Notes under the pieces: model-generated
Seen by the model: only the letters and a program-made list of their open reading frames with translations
Database searches by the model: none
Told to the model about the DNA's origin: nothing
Source: a virus
Direction: 5' to 3' (one strand)
Length of the DNA stretch: 64,000 nucleotides
IMG/VR virus record: IMGVR_UViG_3300045988_026316
Part shown: positions 59,501-64,000 of the stretch, in pieces
Layout: the number at the start of each line of letters is the position of its first letter
Position numbering within the stretch: position 1 is the first letter of the stretch
Program-made: the position numbers and the translations under genes

Positions 59501-62500
59501 TAATGTTTTCATCACACTGCGGAAATTTGTTTTTCCAGCATCTGTGTTCAAATCAATCTCACCAGCATATCCAAGTTGATTGTTAGCGGCTAGATCTTGA
59601 CGCATTCGTATGCGTATCACACCAGGTCTTCCAGGAATTAACTCAATTGCTTTTAATCCGACAAGGTTGTCTTGACTTGCTGCTATTGGCATCAACAATG
59701 ATGCAAGTGCTCTATTAGATACTCCATTTGTTTTACCATTGAGTATATCTGTATTGCTCAATACACTGATCAAGAAGTCAATATCATCATCCGCAAATGA
59801 TTTCTTTTGAACAGTAACTGGAATTACAGCAGGCTGCTTATTACCTTCATCACGTGCAATTCTTTTTAAATAAACAAGGGTACCTCGCTCAGGAGCGTGA
59901 TTTGGATTGTTATATCTAAATATTGTTCGTTGTTCACGATCTCCAACAAGTGTGTTGATATTCTCACCATTAGCGAATCCAAAATCGTTTGATGCATTTG
60001 ACATCTCTATTTTATATAGATTTGTACCAGCAAGAAGCTGTGCATCTGGATCTGTCAGTGGTCTTAACACATCTTCTTTAACAACAATACGACCATTTGT
60101 ACGAGCCATATTAGCTATTATTTTCACACCGGGCTGTGCATCTTCAATACTAACAACACGGTTGTACAGATTCTATCCGTTCTGGCTTAGTGTACGTGGT
60201 TTACCTTTAACAAACGCTTGATACAGATTAAGCGGTATGTTGTTATAAGTCTTACCACGGTACGTGATATGTGCAAATAAACTTGGATTTGTATGTCTGG
60301 CACTTTGTGCACCAGCATGTCGTTCAACACTACTTATTTCAACAACAGCATGTGTTATAAAATCAGGAGCATTAAGTAGTTGTGCAAGCTCTTTATTTTG
60401 ATTTTTATAGAAGAACTCGTAATCCAATGATGGAGACGGGTTTGTTTTAAGATCACCTTTGTTTGTAGCAACTCTATATTCTCCAGGAGTATATTGAGGC
60501 TACTCCGGTTTAGGTTGTGCAGTTTGAGGTGTACGATCTTGTACAGGCTACGTTGGCGTATTAAGTATCTTATATATATCAGCATTATTTACTTGGTCAA
60601 ACGGAGTCATTTTGTTTTTGAGACCGTTGTTGATTATATCTGGCCACTGTCTCGCACCGTCATATGCTGATTTCAAATAAGGTACTACATCCTGTCCAAG
60701 TTCATTAACGAGATGTTTTACAAAATCGTTGAACGAATATATACCACGATCAATTATGCCAACAGCATATTTTGCCATCAAGGTTAATAATCTCGGATCT
60801 ACTCCAGAATTTAACTGTCCGGTCTTACCTTTAAGTATATCAAGAATTTCACTACGAAGTTTGCTCATCTCTTCGTCAGAAACTAATCCGAACTAACCTT
60901 CGTTCTAATTAGCATCAACACCAGGACCTTGTTGCTGTGATGGTAGTATTTTAACTTCACCGTCATGCATCTCGCCTATAGACGATTTTGTTCTAACAAT
61001 AGCTGTTGACTCTACAAATTGCCCGTTCTCAGTTTTGCTTATATAAGATCTTACACCAAGTATCGTTATATTAAGTCTTGTGCATTTATCAACAAACTCT
61101 TGATCGAGAGAATATTCTGACGGTAATTCAAGTGTTGCAACACCTCCAATGTATTTACCGTCTTTTGCATTTTTTGCAACAAACTCTGTGGATTGTACAC
61201 CAGCTTTCTCCTCAGTACCGTTGTTTACAAATCCAGTATAATATACACCTTTTTTACCTTCTTTTCTTACAGTAGTACCTTGTACGAATAACTTTTCATT
61301 AGCCGCTTGAGAATCACTAGGATCCTGTTCTCCAGTCAAAGAACCTTCTCTATCAATATTAGCAATGTCTTGTATGTATTGTTGTGAGTTGATATAATTA
61401 TCGTAAGCAGTAGCTGTTTGTGCATACTCGGCTTCAAGATTAGATATGCTGTTACGTACATCATTAAGCATGCTGTAATACTTAACAGCCTTATCAATTC
61501 TAGATTTTAAGTTCTTAGCCTATTCAAGGGCGTTTACAGTAAGTGATTGTTCGTCTATTAACTGCGACTCTTCATTAAATCGATTTATATCATTAACAAG
61601 TTTATCGAGAGCTTTGATGTATTTATCAAGAGATTTAAGCCTTGGATCTGAAATATAATCGTATGTATCTGCAAAACCATCATACGTACTTAGTTCTGAT
61701 AAATATTGATATAGCGTATTATACTGGGTATCGATCTCTAATTTAAGCTGTTGATATTGCTGCCAAGCCTCATTAACAGTGTCAGGTTGCGTTGTATATA
61801 GTCGTTGCATTTCAGTGCTTATAGGCAGCATTAAACGCAACGGAGCACCGTTTACAAAGTTACTAACGCTCAAGTTGTATATGTTATAACCATCATTAGT
61901 TTCATCCCATCCATATTTAACAACATATGGTAAAATTTCAAGAGACTCTACACTTAAACCAAGTTCGGCTTGAATAAGCATCTAATAAACAGTTTGTTGA
62001 TTCGTGTAGTTTTCGAATGGAGATTGTTTTTGTCCATATTTCTGATTTGCTTGATAAAAGAATCCAGAATACTCAGCTATGACAACAATTTCACCATCTA
62101 CAACATCTAATTCAACACCGTATTGATTATTAGCCGCTTTACGAATGCTGTTGAGTACACTGCGTGCAGCATCTGTATTGTTCTTTACATCATCAACTGT
62201 TAACTTATCAAGTTCAGATTTAAAATCTCGTGCAATAGTACTATTTCTACCTCGTGTTTTAGCAAACTAAAGTCTAGATGTTTTAAAATCGATGATATGT
62301 ATTTTACCATCTTGATCGATACCGATCATATCTGTTTCACCAGCGACTCTACCAACTCCAGGAAATTCAGCATGCCACGTATAAGCGTTTGTGTTCAACA
62401 CCCATCCAAGATCCGTAAACTATTTTAGAATACCTGCCAATTCGATAACAAGATCGCGGATTTGTTCATCAGACATCACCTAACTTGCATCAATGTCGTT

Positions 62501-64000
62501 AAGTATAGACTTCACGATGTTAATTGCGTATTTTACATTTTGCTCATACTTATCTTTAGTATCAGAATGCATGGTGATATATTCAAGAGCTTCTACGCCT
62601 TCAAAATGTCCAAACATGAACCTTGAAATCTCATCAACAATGTTTCCTACTACAACACTAGGTCCTGGCGACTTCTGAATAACAATATGTGCAATATCTG
62701 TTATGGCAGCCTACCACTCAGAATTGTTTTCAAGATTATTGAATATAGGATGCTCAGTAATATACGTACGATATACAACAAGGTCGTGTAACATGGATTT
62801 TTTCAGACGTTCATCTTTCAGTTTTTCGTTAATCCATTTAACAACCTCAGCCTTTGTAGTAAGTTTAGATAACTCCTGAACTACGAGTTTACGACTTTGG
62901 ATCAGATCATCACTCTCCTTGTATGCTTCAGGTAAAGTACTATGGACTCTATTGTAACGTAATACAGAACCATCATCTTGTTTTATAAAGTATGACCTGC
63001 TTGTAGTATCATACTTACCATCCATTGCAGATACAACATCGTCTGCATTACGTACACTTAATGGTTGTTTTATTACACGAGCTTCGTCATCTTTTAGTTT
63101 ATTTTCGAGCGCATCGAACGTTTCTTCCTGTGAAGTCTTTGTTTCACTAGAGCTTAGCTGTGTACCACTACCTGCTGGAGTATACTGCTGTTCAGGCTGT
63201 TTCTGAGTAGGCTGTGATTCTGGCTTCTACTGTGGGCTCTGAGCAGGTTGTGATTCTTGACCTTGTCCAGCACCAGCCTGAGATTCTTGTTGTTGTCCCT
63301 CAGTAGGTTTTTGTTTATCATCTGGTTTTTGTTCTCCAGCAGGCTTTTGTTCTCCAGTAGCTTGTTGTTTGCCACCAGTATTGCTTTTATCTTCAGGAGC
63401 TGTTGTGTCAGCTGGCTGTTCCTAACCTTTTTGTAGTTCAGCGTATTTTTTACTATGTTCCTTTTTAGTTCGTGCAAAAGGAGTATCTCCTTCTGGATTA
63501 TAGAATTCATATCCAACATCGACTCCTTCTAACAATGATGCCATACGTTCTGTATACGTATGTCCTGAATTAGAATCCCATTCTCCAAAAATAGGAGTTT
63601 CTTTCACCTCATGTTTATCAGAATAGTCATATAAATAACCATCTTTATCAATAAATGTACCATCTGGGAGTGGGTTTACAGGAACACCGTCTTCGTCAAG
63701 CTTAACTTTAATCTAGTTTCCGTTGCTACCGATAACAGGATTCGGCTTAGATACTATGAGAGGACTCCATCCGTTTTCCTCATCCATCTTTGCTGCAACC
63801 TCTTCGTCAGATTCAAATGCGTCAGATGTAAGTTCATTCCAGAATTCATCATTTGTCTATTGTGTTTTACGAATGTTGTCCATTATCTGAGCACCATTTC
63901 CACCGACAAATTTGATCTTCTTATTATCTTTTTCCTACTTACCAATAAAGTTTGCAACAGCTTCGTTTGCGTTATTAATATTTTGTTCTAATGCAAATCG
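47519..64000 (-). CDS. giant multidomain virion protein with RNA-polymerase catalytic module; 5' partial; >=45 in-frame TAG; intron 52751..53629
   Basis: A single frame runs from the window edge to TAA 47521..47519 when TAG is read as sense. The beta-prime-like segment is YRIPTQAQSSIHAL...GSDF|DIDK. It also carries a PD-(D/E)XK-like motif (about 62276-62341), HEAFH (58783..58769), a NADAR-like region (about 49223-49890) and HEYTH (48502..48488). Confidence 0.75.
52751..53629 (-). mobile_element. group I intron carrying a LAGLIDADG endonuclease ORF
   Basis: The exon ends GACUUU, which pairs with the guide GGAGUC (53621..53616), with U.G at the splice site and an 8-nt loop. The R box GGTTCAACGACTAATG lies at 53532..53517 and the S box AAGATATAGTCT at 52795..52784. 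A GUAA-loop P9 hairpin follows, and the terminal G is at 52751. Confidence 0.8.
52782..53486 (-). CDS. LAGLIDADG homing endonuclease (intron-encoded), 1 in-frame TAG
   Basis: The two motifs are LIAMLIGDGTI and GIAIWYMDDGH. ATG 53486 joins track ORF 52782..53219 across TAG 53357..53355. It ends in TAA. Confidence 0.85.

Noticed and set aside
63154-63519. A 121-aa reverse ORF (MLDMNSIIQKEILLL...) ending in TAA.
   Set aside because: It is an alternative frame across the Gln/Pro/Glu-rich low-complexity linker of the giant gene. The giant-gene frame is continuous here (63422..63607, then TAG, the linker, TAG, then 62711..63025).
40822-64000. Reassignment of TGA or TAA in addition to TAG.
   Set aside because: TAA (47521..47519, 11518-11520) and TGA (40824..40822, 7119-7121) end the long recoded frames cleanly, next to terminators or new start codons. 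They never occur inside those frames.

Overview
By gene content (inference) this is a segment of a large crAss-like (Crassvirales-type) phage of a Bacteroidota host. All coordinates and counts come from manual reading, so un-anchored RNA elements may be off by 1-2 nt.

Layout:
- 1-6267, reverse strand: a fibre-like gene cut by the window edge, small ORFs, tRNA-Val, dUTPase, and a tRNA gene split by an HNH-carrying intervening sequence.
- 6.6-40.7 kb, forward strand: thyX, many small hypothetical genes, an ECF-type sigma factor, tRNA-Gln plus a five-tRNA cluster, family-B DNA polymerase, DnaB-like helicase, an intron-split AAA_24 ATPase, SSB, primase and nucleases. Long ORF-free hairpin-rich stretches and tRNA-like minihelices lie between them.
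- 40.8-64 kb, reverse strand: two giant genes, one over 5000 codons and running off the window. Both are open only if TAG is read as a sense codon.

Main observations:
1. TAG is reassigned in a defined subset of genes, while TAA and TGA stay stops and the replication genes are TAG-free.
2. The only candidate suppressor tRNA in the window (anticodon CUA, Gln-like) is itself split in the anticodon loop by a 979-nt HNH-encoding group-I-like intron.
3. Two further endonuclease-carrying group I introns sit in the DFDID catalytic loop of the virion RNA-polymerase module and in the Walker A motif of the ATPase.
4. About 1.6 kb and 0.8 kb of ORF-free structured sequence share a sequence box.
5. A family of D-arm-less tRNA-like elements sits just upstream of several genes.
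6. A triplicated two-hairpin element shows compensatory stem changes.
7. A GC-rich island carries its own repeats and tRNA-like elements.

No homology search, folding or statistics could be run. Product names rest on motifs I recognise.
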